Notes under the pieces: generated by a model | What the model was told of the DNA's origin: nothing | Databases searched by the model: none | The model's input: only the letters and a program-made list of their open reading frames with translations | Origin: Candidatus Bathyarchaeota archaeon | GTDB lineage: Archaea; Thermoproteota; Bathyarchaeia; Hecatellales; Hecatellaceae | Reading direction: 5' to 3' | NCBI GenBank assembly: GCA_052246995.1 | Contig: JBQPWD010000002.1 | Location: 1 to 64,000, forward strand | Length of the DNA stretch: 64,000 bases | Shown here: in pieces, positions 1-10,554 of the stretch | How the letters are laid out: every line of letters begins with the position of its first letter | Numbering within the stretch: the stretch's first letter is position 1 | Made by a program: the position numbers and the translations under genes

Positions 1-1
1 T

Positions 2-124
2 GAAGGTGACATTGTTGACCTTAGAGTTTTTAACGCCCAAGACGCCTTAAAAAGGGCAGAACCATTCGAAGAAACAATGCAACACTACAAAAAAGAAAGA
101 AAAAAATTAGGATTAAACTGGTAA
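2..124 (+). CDS. 3' end of a CDS entering from outside the window (product not identifiable)
   Basis: Open frame EGDIVDLRVFNAQDALKRAEPFEETMQHYKKERKKLGLNW ending at TAA 122-124. Confidence 0.6.
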   Translation, partial: EGDIVDLRVFNAQDALKRAEPFEETMQHYKKERKKLGLNW

Positions 125-241
125 AAACGTGTGAAGCGTAATTCTAAACTTCATGGTATAAAACTGTTGAACACGTGACTGGAAGATAGAAGCAGTAAAG
201 AGGCTGTTAAAAGATTGTTTAAGGGTTAATACAGTATTAAG

Positions 242-1336
242 TTAAATTTTCCAGTATTTTGAAAGCACCTTTTTTACCTTACTTATCGTTTCCTCAACTT
301 TTCTTGATACTGTTTCAGGTGCCCTAATTTTTTCATCCTCAAGTTTCACGTTTATACCTGCTAAGGTTGCAACAACTGCTGGAAGAGATTTTGACAATGT
401 TTCCCTTGAATATCCTCCTTCAAGAAAACCTATAATTTTGCCGTTACAATGTTTTTCAGCTAAGCCTACAAACTCCTCCACCATCTTAAGATAACATTCA
501 ACTGAAAGTGTTGTGGTTGAGATGGTGTCTGAGTGGTGCGCATCAAAACCTGCTGAGAGAAAGATGATGTCAGGTTTAAACTGGTCAACTACTGGAATGA
601 TAACCTCATTTAAAGCTTTAAGATAAGCATCATCATCAGCTCTATGTGGCATTGGAATGTTAACCTTAAAACCTTCACCTTCACCAACCCCAACTTCATA
701 CTCATACCCTGTTCCAGGGTAAATTCCACGTTCATGAGTACTTATATATAAAACTTCAGCTGAACTGTTAAAAATTTCTTGGGTTCCGTTTCCATGGTGA
801 ACATCAAAATCAAAGATTACAACTTTTTTAACATAACCTTTTTGAAGCATGTAAGCTGTTACAACTGCAACATTGTTAAAAACACAGAAACCGACAGTAG
901 GGGCTCCTAAAGCAACCCCGGAGAAGCCTGCATGATGGCCTGGAGGCCTTATAAGTCCAAATGCGTTCCTTAACTTTCCATTGTAAACTTCTAAAGAGGC
1001 TTTAAGCATTCCTCCAACGGCTAACCTTGCAACATCAAAACTTTCTCTTGAAAGGACAGTGTCTCCATCATAATATCCTCCACCCGAGAGAGAAAATCTT
1101 CTAATGGTTTCAATGTATTCTTTATCGTGTACAAGTTTAAGTTCATCTATGCTTGCCTCTCTAGGCTCCACAAGCACACATTTTTCTGAGGGAAAAATGT
1201 TTAAATTTTTAAGGACTTGTAGGGCAATGGTTAAACGTCTCGGGTTCTCGTAGTGTGCACCTGTTTTATGCTCAAGAAATTTTTCACTATACACTATACC
1301 TGTTTTATCGCTCAAGGTTAAGCAGCTCTCCACCAA
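242..1336 (-). CDS. Histone deacetylase family (HDAC/AcuC/AphA) Zn-dependent deacetylase
   Basis: HYENPRRL, RPPGHHA, GFCVFNN, DFDVHHGNGTQ, SAGFDAH and LEGGY motifs. Confidence 0.95.
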   Translation of the reverse strand: MVESCLTLSDKTGIVYSEKFLEHKTGAHYENPRRLTIALQVLKNLNIFPSEKCVLVEPREASIDELKLVHDKEYIETIRRFSLSGGGYYDGDTVLSRESFDVARLAVGGMLKASLEVYNGKLRNAFGLIRPPGHHAGFSGVALGAPTVGFCVFNNVAVVTAYMLQKGYVKKVVIFDFDVHHGNGTQEIFNSSAEVLYISTHERGIYPGTGYEYEVGVGEGEGFKVNIPMPHRADDDAYLKALNEVIIPVVDQFKPDIIFLSAGFDAHHSDTISTTTLSVECYLKMVEEFVGLAEKHCNGKIIGFLEGGYSRETLSKSLPAVVATLAGINVKLEDEKIRAPETVSRKVEETISKVKKVLSKYWKI

Positions 1337-1424
1337 AGGTTTAAGGTTAATTTAATCTAAAACTTTTCTCCTAGGAAAGTATAAAATCTTTTATTAGAGA
1401 CGGTTTCCTACTTCTTTAGAGAGA

Positions 1425-3974
1425 ATGAATTTAAAGGTTAAATATATACGTAAAAGAGATGGAAGTTTAGAAGCTTTTAACCCTGAAAAGATAGCTCAAG
1501 CCATATACAAGGCTATGAAGTCTGTTGGTAAAGATGATTTTAAAACATGTAAAAAGCTTTCAGAAGATGTTGTTTTAATTGTTGAAGAAAAATTTGGGGA
1601 AAAGGAAATTCCCAACGTAGAGGATGTTCAAGATGTAGTTGAAACCGTGCTTATGAAGAAAGGTTTTGTTGACGTTGCAAAATCTTACATCCTTTATAGA
1701 CAAAAACGTGCAGAAATTCGTGAAGCAAAAAAGCTTATTGGTGTTAGTGACGACCTTAAGTTAAGTGTTAACGCAACCAAAGTTTTAAGAAGCAGATATC
1801 TACTTAGAGATGAAAGCGGGAACATTATTGAAACACCTAAACAAATGTTTCGTAGAGTTGCAAAAGCTATAGCAGCAGCGGAAAAGCTTTACAACAAAAG
1901 TTGGGAGGAAGTTGAAAAAATTGAAAACGAGTTTTATAGGGTTATGGTTAACCTTGAGTTTCTACCCAACTCTCCAACATTAATGAACGCTGGAACTGAA
2001 CTTGGACAGCTTTCAGCATGTTTTGTCCTCCCAGTTGAGGATTCAATTGACGGGATTTTTAACGCTGTAAGGTACATGGCTTTGATTCATAAATCTGGTG
2101 GTGGTACCGGTTTCTCGTTTTCAAGGCTTAGACCTAAAGGAGATGTTGTAAAATCAACAATGGGGGTAGCTTCAGGACCTGTATCATTTATGCAAATTTT
2201 TGATGTTGCAACAAGCATTATTAAACAAGGGGGGAGGCGTAGAGGGGCTAATATGGGGATTTTAAGTGTTTATCATCCAGACGTAATTGAATTTATTACT
2301 GCTAAAGCTGAGGAGGGAAAACTTCAGAACTTTAATCTTTCAGTTGCGGTTGATGATAAATTTATGGAGGCTGTTGAAGAAAATGATGAAATTTTGCTTG
2401 TAAACCCTAGAACAGGTAAGGAGGTTAAAAGTTTACCTGCAAAATTTATTTTTGACCTTGTAGCGGAGATGGCTTGGAGAACAGGTGACCCTGGCCTAAT
2501 ATTTATAGATGAAATTAACAGACATAACCCTACACCCAAGCTTGGAAATATTGAAAGTACTAATCCTTGTGGTGAGCAGCCTTTACTTCCATATGAATCT
2601 TGTAACTTGGGTTCAATAAATCTTGCAAAAATGGTTGAAAATGGAGAAATAAACTGGGAAAAGCTTAAAGAGCTTGTTGATGTTGCTGTACATTTTCTTG
2701 ATAATGTTATTGATGTGAATAAGTATCCTCTTCCACAGATTGAGCAGATGACAAAGGGAAACAGAAAAATTGGTTTAGGTGTTATGGGATGGGCTGAAAT
2801 GTTAATCAAGCTTAACATTCCATACAACTCCGAAGAAGCACTACAACTAGCAGAAAAAGTTATGGAAACAATAAGTAGTGAAGCACGCAAAAAATCTGTT
2901 AAACTTGCGCTGGAAAAAGGCTCATTTCCAAATTTTGAGGACAGTTTTTGGCTTACTAGAGGATTCAAGTTTTTGAGGAATGCCACTACAACAACCATAG
3001 CTCCAACAGGAAGTATAAGCATAATTGCAGGTGTTACAAGCGGAATTGAACCTATCTTTGCAATATCCTATGTTCGTAATATTCTTGGGGGAGCTAAATT
3101 TCTTGAGGTTAACAGCCTTTTTGAGGAAACAGCCAGAAAACATGGATTTTACAGTAGAGATTTGATAGCTAGAATTGCTAGGGATGGTTCTCTTCAAAAG
3201 GTTGATGAGGTTCCTTTGGATGTTAAAAGGGTTTTTGTTACTGCTTTTGATGTTTCTCCTGAGTGGCATGTTAAAATGCAGGCTGCATTTCAAAAGTATA
3301 CTGATAACGCTGTATCAAAAACTGTAAACCTACCATATGAGGCAACAATAGAAGACGTTAAAAAAATATACATGCTCGCATGGAAACTTAAATGCAAAGG
3401 AATAACAGTCTACAGGGACAAATGTAGAGAATCTCAAGTTTTAGAAACAGGGTTACAAAGAAAACCTGAAAAACATGAATTTCTTAAGCCTAAGAAACGT
3501 CCAAAAATGTTGCGTGGGGTTACCTATGAAATTCAAACAGGATGCGGTTCACTTTATGTAACTATTAATGAGGATGAAAATGGTCTACCATTTGAAGTTT
3601 TTGCCAGACTTGGAAAAGCTGGGGGGTGTGCTTCAGCTCAAACTGAAGGTCTTGGGAGGTCTGCATCCCTAATTTTAAGGTGTGGTATTGATCCAAGGGA
3701 GATAGTTAAGCATTATAAGGGAATCTCATGTGATCGGCAGGTTGGTATTGGAAAAAACAAGGTTTTATCATGTCCTGATGCAATAGGTAAAGCCTTAGAG
3801 CTATACCTGCAGGAGAAGGGGCTATTGTCTGATGTGGTAAAAAGGCCTAGCGATTTTGCTGAGACTTTTTATTCAATTATTAATGGAGCATGTCCTGAAT
3901 GTGGAAGCCCGCTTATAAGGAGTGAAGGTTGCAAAAAGTGTCTTTCAAATTGTGGTTACTCTGAGTGTGATTAA
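1425..3974 (+). CDS. nrdJ: Class II (adenosylcobalamin-dependent) ribonucleotide reductase with N-terminal ATP cone and C-terminal TSCPD/Zn-ribbon region
   Basis: ATP cone (IRKRDGS), PNSPTLMNAG, LSACFV, TNPCGEQPL, TIAPTGSIS, LSCPDAI, terminal CPECG...C motifs; no intein-sized insertion. Confidence 0.95.
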   Translation: MNLKVKYIRKRDGSLEAFNPEKIAQAIYKAMKSVGKDDFKTCKKLSEDVVLIVEEKFGEKEIPNVEDVQDVVETVLMKKGFVDVAKSYILYRQKRAEIREAKKLIGVSDDLKLSVNATKVLRSRYLLRDESGNIIETPKQMFRRVAKAIAAAEKLYNKSWEEVEKIENEFYRVMVNLEFLPNSPTLMNAGTELGQLSACFVLPVEDSIDGIFNAVRYMALIHKSGGGTGFSFSRLRPKGDVVKSTMGVASGPVSFMQIFDVATSIIKQGGRRRGANMGILSVYHPDVIEFITAKAEEGKLQNFNLSVAVDDKFMEAVEENDEILLVNPRTGKEVKSLPAKFIFDLVAEMAWRTGDPGLIFIDEINRHNPTPKLGNIESTNPCGEQPLLPYESCNLGSINLAKMVENGEINWEKLKELVDVAVHFLDNVIDVNKYPLPQIEQMTKGNRKIGLGVMGWAEMLIKLNIPYNSEEALQLAEKVMETISSEARKKSVKLALEKGSFPNFEDSFWLTRGFKFLRNATTTTIAPTGSISIIAGVTSGIEPIFAISYVRNILGGAKFLEVNSLFEETARKHGFYSRDLIARIARDGSLQKVDEVPLDVKRVFVTAFDVSPEWHVKMQAAFQKYTDNAVSKTVNLPYEATIEDVKKIYMLAWKLKCKGITVYRDKCRESQVLETGLQRKPEKHEFLKPKKRPKMLRGVTYEIQTGCGSLYVTINEDENGLPFEVFARLGKAGGCASAQTEGLGRSASLILRCGIDPREIVKHYKGISCDRQVGIGKNKVLSCPDAIGKALELYLQEKGLLSDVVKRPSDFAETFYSIINGACPECGSPLIRSEGCKKCLSNCGYSECD

Positions 3975-4284
3975 ACAACTACAATAAAAACTTTAACATA
4001 CTTGATATGCTAGTTTAATACCCGTTAAAGAAATTTTTACGTCAAAACTTTAGCGCATCATATTATTTAATTCTTAGTTTTTATGTGCTGGATTTGTCTA
4101 AAAGTTAAGAATGTTTGTACAGGTTTGTGGCGTAGCTCCCCACATATTAACTTGCTAAATTTGCTAATTTCTAGATTGTCTTAATTATCTTGTTGTCTTT
4201 TATCCTATACTTCCTTCTAGAGGGTGAGAAACTTTCTGGTTTGTTTAAATTTAAGTATAAATATCTTAAGGTTAGATTCTCATT

Positions 4285-4590
4285 TTGGTGTTAAAGTTGC
4301 CAACTTATATCATTTTAACAACCCTAACCGAGAAAGGTAAAGAAACTATAAAAGTTAACCCTAATAGAATATTAGAGGTAAACAAGGAAATTGAAGCCAT
4401 GGGTATTAAAATTTTAGCTCAATATGCTGTTTTAGGACCTTTTGACTTTGTAAACATCGTTGAAGCTCCTGATGAAAGATTTATCGCAAAGCTTTCTATA
4501 GAACTTGGTTTTAGAGGTAGTGTTCATACACTTAGTATGCCTGCAATTCCCGCCGAGAAACTTATAGAGTTCCTTAAAGAAGGAAAGTAA
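4285..4590 (+). CDS. GYD domain protein
   Basis: About 100 aa with PTYIIL.TLTEKG...QYAVLGPFDFVNIVEAPD pattern. Confidence 0.8.
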   Translation: MVLKLPTYIILTTLTEKGKETIKVNPNRILEVNKEIEAMGIKILAQYAVLGPFDFVNIVEAPDERFIAKLSIELGFRGSVHTLSMPAIPAEKLIEFLKEGK

Positions 4591-4607
4591 AAACCTTACT
4601 ATTTTTT

Positions 4608-5231
4608 TTATAATCCTATTTCTCCGCATATCCTATTCAAGCTTTCTAAGCATATTTCAAAAAATTTTTCCCTTTGTATTCCTATTTCCTCGCATAAAAG
4701 AATTTTTTCTCGTTTGACATTTCTTGCAAAATCTTTTTGCTTAAATTTTTTAGCCACAGTTTCAACTTTAACTTCAGCAAGCTTTTTTGAAGGCATAACA
4801 AGTGCACATGCAACAAGTAAACCTGATGTTGCATCTGCTGCAATTAAAGCTTTTTCCATCCTTGTTTCGGGTTTAACGTTTGTGTTTTCAAAGTTATGAG
4901 CTTTTATTGCTCTAACAATTTCGCTAGGGACATTATCTCCTAGAATTTTTTCAGCAACTAAACCATGTTGCAATGGGTTATTTTCAGTTTTTTCAAAATC
5001 CACATCATGAAGTAGCCCTACTAATCCCCAGTTTTCAACACTTTCTCCAAGATATTTAGCTAAACTTCTCATAATAGCCTCAACAGCTAAGGAATGGTTA
5101 AAGATGTTCCTTCTCTTTACATTTTTACATAAAATGTTCAATGCTTCCTCTCTACTTAACAGCTTAACCACCTTACAACTTCTAAGTGTATCCGTTTTTT
5201 TAAATAGTACCGTTTTAACCTTAACTTTCAT
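4608..5231 (-). CDS. HDIG/HD-superfamily metal-dependent phosphohydrolase (true start probably near LSREEAL)
   Basis: HSLAVEAIM, GLLHDVD, HG...IKAHN and AAD motifs. Confidence 0.85.
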   Translation of the reverse strand: MKVKVKTVLFKKTDTLRSCKVVKLLSREEALNILCKNVKRRNIFNHSLAVEAIMRSLAKYLGESVENWGLVGLLHDVDFEKTENNPLQHGLVAEKILGDNVPSEIVRAIKAHNFENTNVKPETRMEKALIAADATSGLLVACALVMPSKKLAEVKVETVAKKFKQKDFARNVKREKILLCEEIGIQREKFFEICLESLNRICGEIGL

Positions 5232-5529
5232 CTAAATCTTCACTATCAATCCTAAACCATAATTTTCCATCTTTATCCTCACCTATAATAACATTTACAA
5301 CTTTTTCACCATTTTCCATAAGATCCTCAACTTTGCTTCTAATTTTATTTATATCTTTTTTCTCCAGAAATCTTTTTAACAGATTAATTTCATCCTCTAG
5401 TTTTTTATCTTCTAAACCCAGTTTAACGTTTTCCATGTAACGGAGAACAAGGTTCCAATAAGTCCTTTTTGCAACAGTTTCAACACAAGCATTTTTCTCG
5501 ACTTTAAGAATTAAAATTTTATTTTTCAT
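5221..5529 (-). CDS. Hypothetical protein
   Basis: 102-aa ORF with ATG start and typical composition, co-oriented with the HD gene. Confidence 0.65.
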   Translation of the reverse strand: MKNKILILKVEKNACVETVAKRTYWNLVLRYMENVKLGLEDKKLEDEINLLKRFLEKKDINKIRSKVEDLMENGEKVVNVIIGEDKDGKLWFRIDSEDLDES

Positions 5530-5611
5530 TTTAATATCCCGGTACTAAAAGATTATTCGATTTTAACTCTCTTAAAACTTATTTGACGGCTTATTTTCCT
5601 GTTTTAATAGG

Positions 5612-6760
5612 GTGAAAATAGGCCCCGTGGACTTTCACAAGGATTACTATGAAATCTTAGGTGTTCCTAGGAACGCGACAAAAGAAGAGATTAAGGCAGC
5701 ATACAGAAGGCTTGCTATGCAATATCACCCTGATAGAAATAAATCTCCAGATGCTGCTGAAAAATTTAAGGAGATATCCGAAGCTTATGCTGTACTTTCT
5801 GATGATGAAAAAAGAAGACTTTATGATATGTACGGGCATGCCGGGATTGAAGGTAAGTATACCGCCGAAGACTTGTTTAGTGGTATTGATTTTGAAGACA
5901 TATTTAGAGACTTAGGCTTTGGTTTTGATGAGTTTGATAGAATATTTGAAATATTTTTTGGCAAAAAAAGGAGGCGTAAAGAGGAAGCATATGGCAGAAG
6001 AGGTAGAGATTTAGTATGCGAGCTTGAAGTAACTCTTGAACAGGTTGCAACAGGATTTAAAACCACATTAGATGTACCTAAAATCGAGGTTTGCAATGTA
6101 TGTAAAGGCTCAAGGATTAAACCTGGAACAAAACCTAAAATATGCCCAAAATGTAAGGGTAAAGGTCAAATTCAATTTACAAAGGTTTCAGGTTTTGCGC
6201 GTTTTATTCAGGTTTTTACTTGCGACCTTTGTAGCGGTGAGGGTAGAGTAATTGAAACTCCATGTAGCGAGTGTAAAGGTTCAGGTAGAGTACAACGTGT
6301 AAAAAAGATTAGTGTGAGGGTTCCTGCAGGGGTTGACACAGGCTACCGTTTAAGGTTAGCTGGCGAAGGTGAGCCAGGGTTTAACGGTGGGCCTTCTGGT
6401 GACCTATATATAATTATAAAGGTTAAACCTCACCCAATCTTTGTTAGGGATGATAACAACATAATTTATGAGGCACCCATAAGCTTCACTTGGGCTGCTC
6501 TTGGGGCAGAAATTGAAGTTCCAACATTAGATGGTAAGGAAAAGCTTAGAATTCCTCCTGGAACACAAACCGGAACAATTTTTAGGTTAAAAGGTAAGGG
6601 TTTACCTGATGTGTACGGTTATGGTAAAGGGGATGAACTTGTAAAGGTTATAATTAAAACACCTGTAAACCTTACAGAGAAGCAAAAAAGCATCCTTTTA
6701 GAATTTGCGAAAGAGATGGGTGAAGATTTAGAGATAAACCGTTATAGCGGTGGAAGTTAA
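5612..6760 (+). CDS. dnaJ: Molecular chaperone DnaJ (class A Hsp40)
   Basis: J domain with HPD, G/F region with DIF motifs, four CxxCxGx(G/R) repeats, C-terminal GDLY domain. Confidence 0.97.
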   Translation: MKIGPVDFHKDYYEILGVPRNATKEEIKAAYRRLAMQYHPDRNKSPDAAEKFKEISEAYAVLSDDEKRRLYDMYGHAGIEGKYTAEDLFSGIDFEDIFRDLGFGFDEFDRIFEIFFGKKRRRKEEAYGRRGRDLVCELEVTLEQVATGFKTTLDVPKIEVCNVCKGSRIKPGTKPKICPKCKGKGQIQFTKVSGFARFIQVFTCDLCSGEGRVIETPCSECKGSGRVQRVKKISVRVPAGVDTGYRLRLAGEGEPGFNGGPSGDLYIIIKVKPHPIFVRDDNNIIYEAPISFTWAALGAEIEVPTLDGKEKLRIPPGTQTGTIFRLKGKGLPDVYGYGKGDELVKVIIKTPVNLTEKQKSILLEFAKEMGEDLEINRYSGGS

Positions 6761-6824
6761 TCTTTTTATACTTTAAGTTTAAGTTAAAAGTTTAAGTAAC
6801 AGTTGGATAATAAGGATTTGGAGA

Positions 6825-8390
6825 ATGTTGTCTTCAAAAATTAGTCATAAAGAGCTAGAGGAGCTAATCTATGAGGATGTTAAGATAACCAAGGCCAATG
6901 CTCCACGTTTCGTGCTAAATTCTGAAGAAATTGACATTTGGAGTGAACAATATAACCGTTACCATTCAAAATCGCCGGTTGAGTATTTAACCGAAAAAAT
7001 TCTTGAGTGCGAAAAAAAGGGTTTGGATCCATTTCCAGGTATTGTTGGAAAGAAAAAAGAAAAGGAGATTGTAAAAAATGCTTTGCTTTCAAATTCTCCA
7101 ATACTGTTTAAGGGTAAGAAAGGTTATGGAAAAACTACTTTTTCTAAGGCAATCGCTGAACTTTTACCTCCAAAGCTTTTAGCAGTTAAAGGATGTAAAA
7201 TATATGACGATCCAACCAATCCTTCATGTTTTTCATGCAAAAGAAAGCTTCTTGAAGATAATGTTGTTGAACTTACATGGGTTCCAAGAATATGGGTTAG
7301 AATTCCTGGAGACCCTATGTTAACTACAAGGCAGCTGGTTGGCGGTGTTTCCATTCAAAAGATCAGGGAAGGTTATGACCTTGACCATCCTGAGGTTTTT
7401 GTTCCTGGAAGGGCTTTAAAGGCTAATAGGGGTGTAGGATACTTTGATGAGCTTGGTGCTTTACCCTCTTCGCTTCAAACACTACTTCATGAACTTTTTG
7501 AAGAACATCAATTAACAACAGTTGAAGGTGACATTATTCCGTTTAAAATTAACACTATTGAACTTGCAGCAACAAATCCTGCCAATTATCGTGGAACAAA
7601 TCCAATTAAAGAGCCTTTACTGGATAGGATGGAGGAGGTTAACATTGGGCCCCCTGAAACTCTTGAAGAGGAAATAGAGATTGGTTTAAGAAATATGTAT
7701 TACGTTAAATGGCGTAAGGAAAAGGTTTCAATTCCTAGCTGGCATTTAAAAATTTTAGCTAGAACTGTTAGGTATGCAAGGAATAAGGATAAATGTGAGC
7801 TTGCAAGAAGAATAGAATCTGAGCCTTCATGTAGAGCTACAATTAAGCTTTATGATCACCTTCAATCTAGAGCCATAATGATGGGTAGAAGAGTTCCCAC
7901 CTTCATTGATTATGGCGAATCCCTAGAAATTGTAAAGCTTGCTCTTAGAGGTAGAATTGAGGTTGAATATGGAGTTGATGAGGGAAGGAAGGATGAAATA
8001 ATAGAGAAGCTCTTTGAAAAAGCCTTAAAACGTACATGCGAGGAAGTTTACAATAATCTTCCACAAGAAGGTTTTGATGAGTTTTATGAGGCTTTAAGAA
8101 AACATTCAAAGCCTGTTGGAGACTCTGATAGGTATTTGCCTGTGAACCTTGAGATAGTTCCTGAATTAAGAAGTGAGGAGTATATCAATTTTTACGTTTT
8201 AAAACTTCTTGAACTTAATGGTGGTAATGCTGCTGGGTTGGATGACGAGTATTTTCTTTCAGCTGTTGATGTGATTTTAATGTCTATGAGTTTATGCATT
8301 CCGGAATATGTTACAAAGGATAAGGGTGGATACATTTTACATGAGCCTAAGAATATAAAACAGATGATTAAAAATGAAACCGGAATGTAG
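6825..8390 (+). CDS. AAA+ ATPase of the MoxR/chelatase-I-like clade, partner of the VWA protein
   Basis: Walker A GKKGYGKT, Walker B YFDE, AATNP sensor 1, PLLDR arginine finger, SCRA sensor 2. Confidence 0.85.
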   Translation: MLSSKISHKELEELIYEDVKITKANAPRFVLNSEEIDIWSEQYNRYHSKSPVEYLTEKILECEKKGLDPFPGIVGKKKEKEIVKNALLSNSPILFKGKKGYGKTTFSKAIAELLPPKLLAVKGCKIYDDPTNPSCFSCKRKLLEDNVVELTWVPRIWVRIPGDPMLTTRQLVGGVSIQKIREGYDLDHPEVFVPGRALKANRGVGYFDELGALPSSLQTLLHELFEEHQLTTVEGDIIPFKINTIELAATNPANYRGTNPIKEPLLDRMEEVNIGPPETLEEEIEIGLRNMYYVKWRKEKVSIPSWHLKILARTVRYARNKDKCELARRIESEPSCRATIKLYDHLQSRAIMMGRRVPTFIDYGESLEIVKLALRGRIEVEYGVDEGRKDEIIEKLFEKALKRTCEEVYNNLPQEGFDEFYEALRKHSKPVGDSDRYLPVNLEIVPELRSEEYINFYVLKLLELNGGNAAGLDDEYFLSAVDVILMSMSLCIPEYVTKDKGGYILHEPKNIKQMIKNETGM

Positions 8391-9639
8391 GCTTTGTAAA
8401 GAAAAGGATGAAGGATTAACTTCTATTTTTGGTAAGGAATTTACTGACAAGCTTGTATACCAGCTTTTTAACCTTGACATGGTAAACCGTGAAAAATATC
8501 TCAAAGATTTACAGGATGAACAACTAATTCAAATGTACCTTGAACATGTTGAAAGTGAAGAGGAACAGAATAGACAAAGATTAGAGAGGTATATGCGCTG
8601 GTTTGGTATTGACGCTCAACAAATAATGAAATACCTGAAAAACAAGGAGGCATGGAATGAGCTTATTGAGAAAATTAGAAAAGGCGAGATTAAACCTTCA
8701 GAAATTTCACCTGAAACATTGCTTCAAAACTTTCCTGGGCAAGTAACAGAAGAATTAGCTAAGGAAGATTTAGTTAATGTTAAAGTTTATACTTACAGAA
8801 TGTATCCTCAACTACTTTTTGTTTACCCTGAATTTACAGAAAAAAGTGAAAAAATCATAGCTAGCAAGGTTTTAGAGGAAGCTTTTTTAAACCTTAAAAA
8901 ACAAGGATTCGGTGTTCATGAGGTTAGAGATTTAGGTGTAGGTGTTTACCCCTCGCATGTTTTATGTCAATATGATGAGTATCAGCATACCTATGACATG
9001 ATAGATATTCAGGAAAGTTTAATAAACACTGCAATAAGAGACCCGGAAAATCTTAAAATCTCGGATGATGACCTTAAGGCTAGGATTCCTATTCATTCTG
9101 CAAAATCGTCAAATGTGATTTTAATCGACTCATCTTATTCTATGCGTGGTGTAAAGTTTAGAGGAGGTATTCTGTCTGCTTTAGCTTTAAAAGAGCTTTT
9201 GCAGACAGAGTATAAGGAGGATAGGCTTTTTATTGTAGCTTATAATCATAAGCCTCAGCTGCTTCTTCCCGGAGAAATTGTCAAACTTAAACCTTACGGC
9301 TATACTGATATAGGTCAGGCTTTGGATTTTTCAGCTAATCTTCTTATGAAGGAGGATGGTAATCGAAATATTTTCCTTATAACTGATGGTGAGCCTACAG
9401 CATCTTATATTCGAAGTCAAACCCCTGAGGAAAGTGCTTATAGGGCTGCCTACATGACTGGTAAGTTTGATATCCGGCTAAACATTATAATGTTGGATTA
9501 CAGGATCGAGTTAAAGATGATATGTGAAAAAATGGCTAGGTTAAATGGAGATGCAACAGTAACTCATGTTAAAAACCCCTTAAACCTTAAAGAGTTTGTC
9601 ATTAAAACATTTATTGACCGTAGAAGGTTTAAAGCTTAA
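8374..9639 (+). CDS. von Willebrand factor A (VWA) domain protein
   Basis: MIDAS DSSYS...YTDI...ITDGEPT; overlaps the upstream ATPase stop. Confidence 0.9.
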   Translation: MKPECRLCKEKDEGLTSIFGKEFTDKLVYQLFNLDMVNREKYLKDLQDEQLIQMYLEHVESEEEQNRQRLERYMRWFGIDAQQIMKYLKNKEAWNELIEKIRKGEIKPSEISPETLLQNFPGQVTEELAKEDLVNVKVYTYRMYPQLLFVYPEFTEKSEKIIASKVLEEAFLNLKKQGFGVHEVRDLGVGVYPSHVLCQYDEYQHTYDMIDIQESLINTAIRDPENLKISDDDLKARIPIHSAKSSNVILIDSSYSMRGVKFRGGILSALALKELLQTEYKEDRLFIVAYNHKPQLLLPGEIVKLKPYGYTDIGQALDFSANLLMKEDGNRNIFLITDGEPTASYIRSQTPEESAYRAAYMTGKFDIRLNIIMLDYRIELKMICEKMARLNGDATVTHVKNPLNLKEFVIKTFIDRRRFKA

Positions 9640-9702
9640 GTTTTAAACTAAAAACTTAAGAACGCATTTTACCTAACCTTTTATATTATTTCGTGATTAT
9701 CT

Positions 9703-10497
9703 ATGAAGATGGATGAAGCATTAATAACCAAAGCTATTGTTAAAAGTTTTGTAGAAGACTTTTCAAGTAGAGTTGAAACTGATGTTGTAATTGTAGGGGC
9801 TGGTCCTGCTGGGGTTACAGCCGCAAAATATCTTGCAAAAGGAGGATTAGGCACTGTTATCTTTGAGAAGGAACTTTATGTCGGCGGAGGTATGTGGGGT
9901 GGAGGTTTTCTTTTTCCGAAGCTTGTTATTCAAGAGGAGGCAAAAACTATCCTTGATGAATTTAATGTACGCCTAAAAAAATCTTCTGAGGGATACTACA
10001 CTACAGATTCTGTTGAAGCTGTTTCAAAGTGTACTGCTTCTGCAATAGATGCTGGTGCTAAGATTTTTGTTGGCGTTGAAGTTGAGGATGTTGTGGTAAG
10101 AAATGTTGAAGGCGTGTTAAGTATATGTGGTGCTGTGATAAACTGGTCTGCAGTTAAAAAAGCAGGTTTACATGTAGACCCTGTTGCTGTTAAGTGTAAA
10201 GTTATTGTTGATGCAACAGGTCATGAGGCTAGTGTTGTTAGGATGGTTACAAAAAAATTTCCAGAGTTAAAGCTTCCAACTTTAACTGGTGGAATTGTTG
10301 GTGAAAGGTCTATGTGGTGTGAAGAGGGTGAAAAAAGGGTTGTAGACTGTACATCTGAAGTTTTACCTGGACTTTATGTTGCAGGTATGGCTGCAACTGC
10401 TGTCTACGGGGAGTATAGAATGGGGCCAATTTTTGGTGGAATGTTTTTATCTGGTAAGCGGGTTGCAGAGTTAATTTTAGAAAAACTTAAAAAATGA
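9703..10497 (+). CDS. thi4: Thi4-type thiazole (ADT) synthase, His-type sulfide-dependent
   Basis: GAGPAG, GGGMWGGG, LHVDP, DATGH and RMGPIFGGM motifs. Confidence 0.95.
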   Translation: MKMDEALITKAIVKSFVEDFSSRVETDVVIVGAGPAGVTAAKYLAKGGLGTVIFEKELYVGGGMWGGGFLFPKLVIQEEAKTILDEFNVRLKKSSEGYYTTDSVEAVSKCTASAIDAGAKIFVGVEVEDVVVRNVEGVLSICGAVINWSAVKKAGLHVDPVAVKCKVIVDATGHEASVVRMVTKKFPELKLPTLTGGIVGERSMWCEEGEKRVVDCTSEVLPGLYVAGMAATAVYGEYRMGPIFGGMFLSGKRVAELILEKLKK

Positions 10498-10554
10498 CTA
10501 AATGAGTTTTCCCAGCGTTGCTCCTAAACAAGTTACAATCATAAATTTAAGGTT

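Noticed and set aside
2324-3293. Long antisense ORFs inside nrdJ, representative of the many antisense or alternate-frame ORFs in the track
   Set aside because: Shadow frames of well-supported genes, with Ser/Phe/Leu-rich composition and no motifs
1425-3974. Possible intein in the ribonucleotide reductase
   Set aside because: Length is explained by ATP cone, catalytic core and TSCPD region; conserved motifs are uninterrupted
6825-9639. Mg/Co chelatase I and D subunits
   Set aside because: No chelatase H/N subunit or tetrapyrrole genes nearby; fits a generic AAA+/VWA pair
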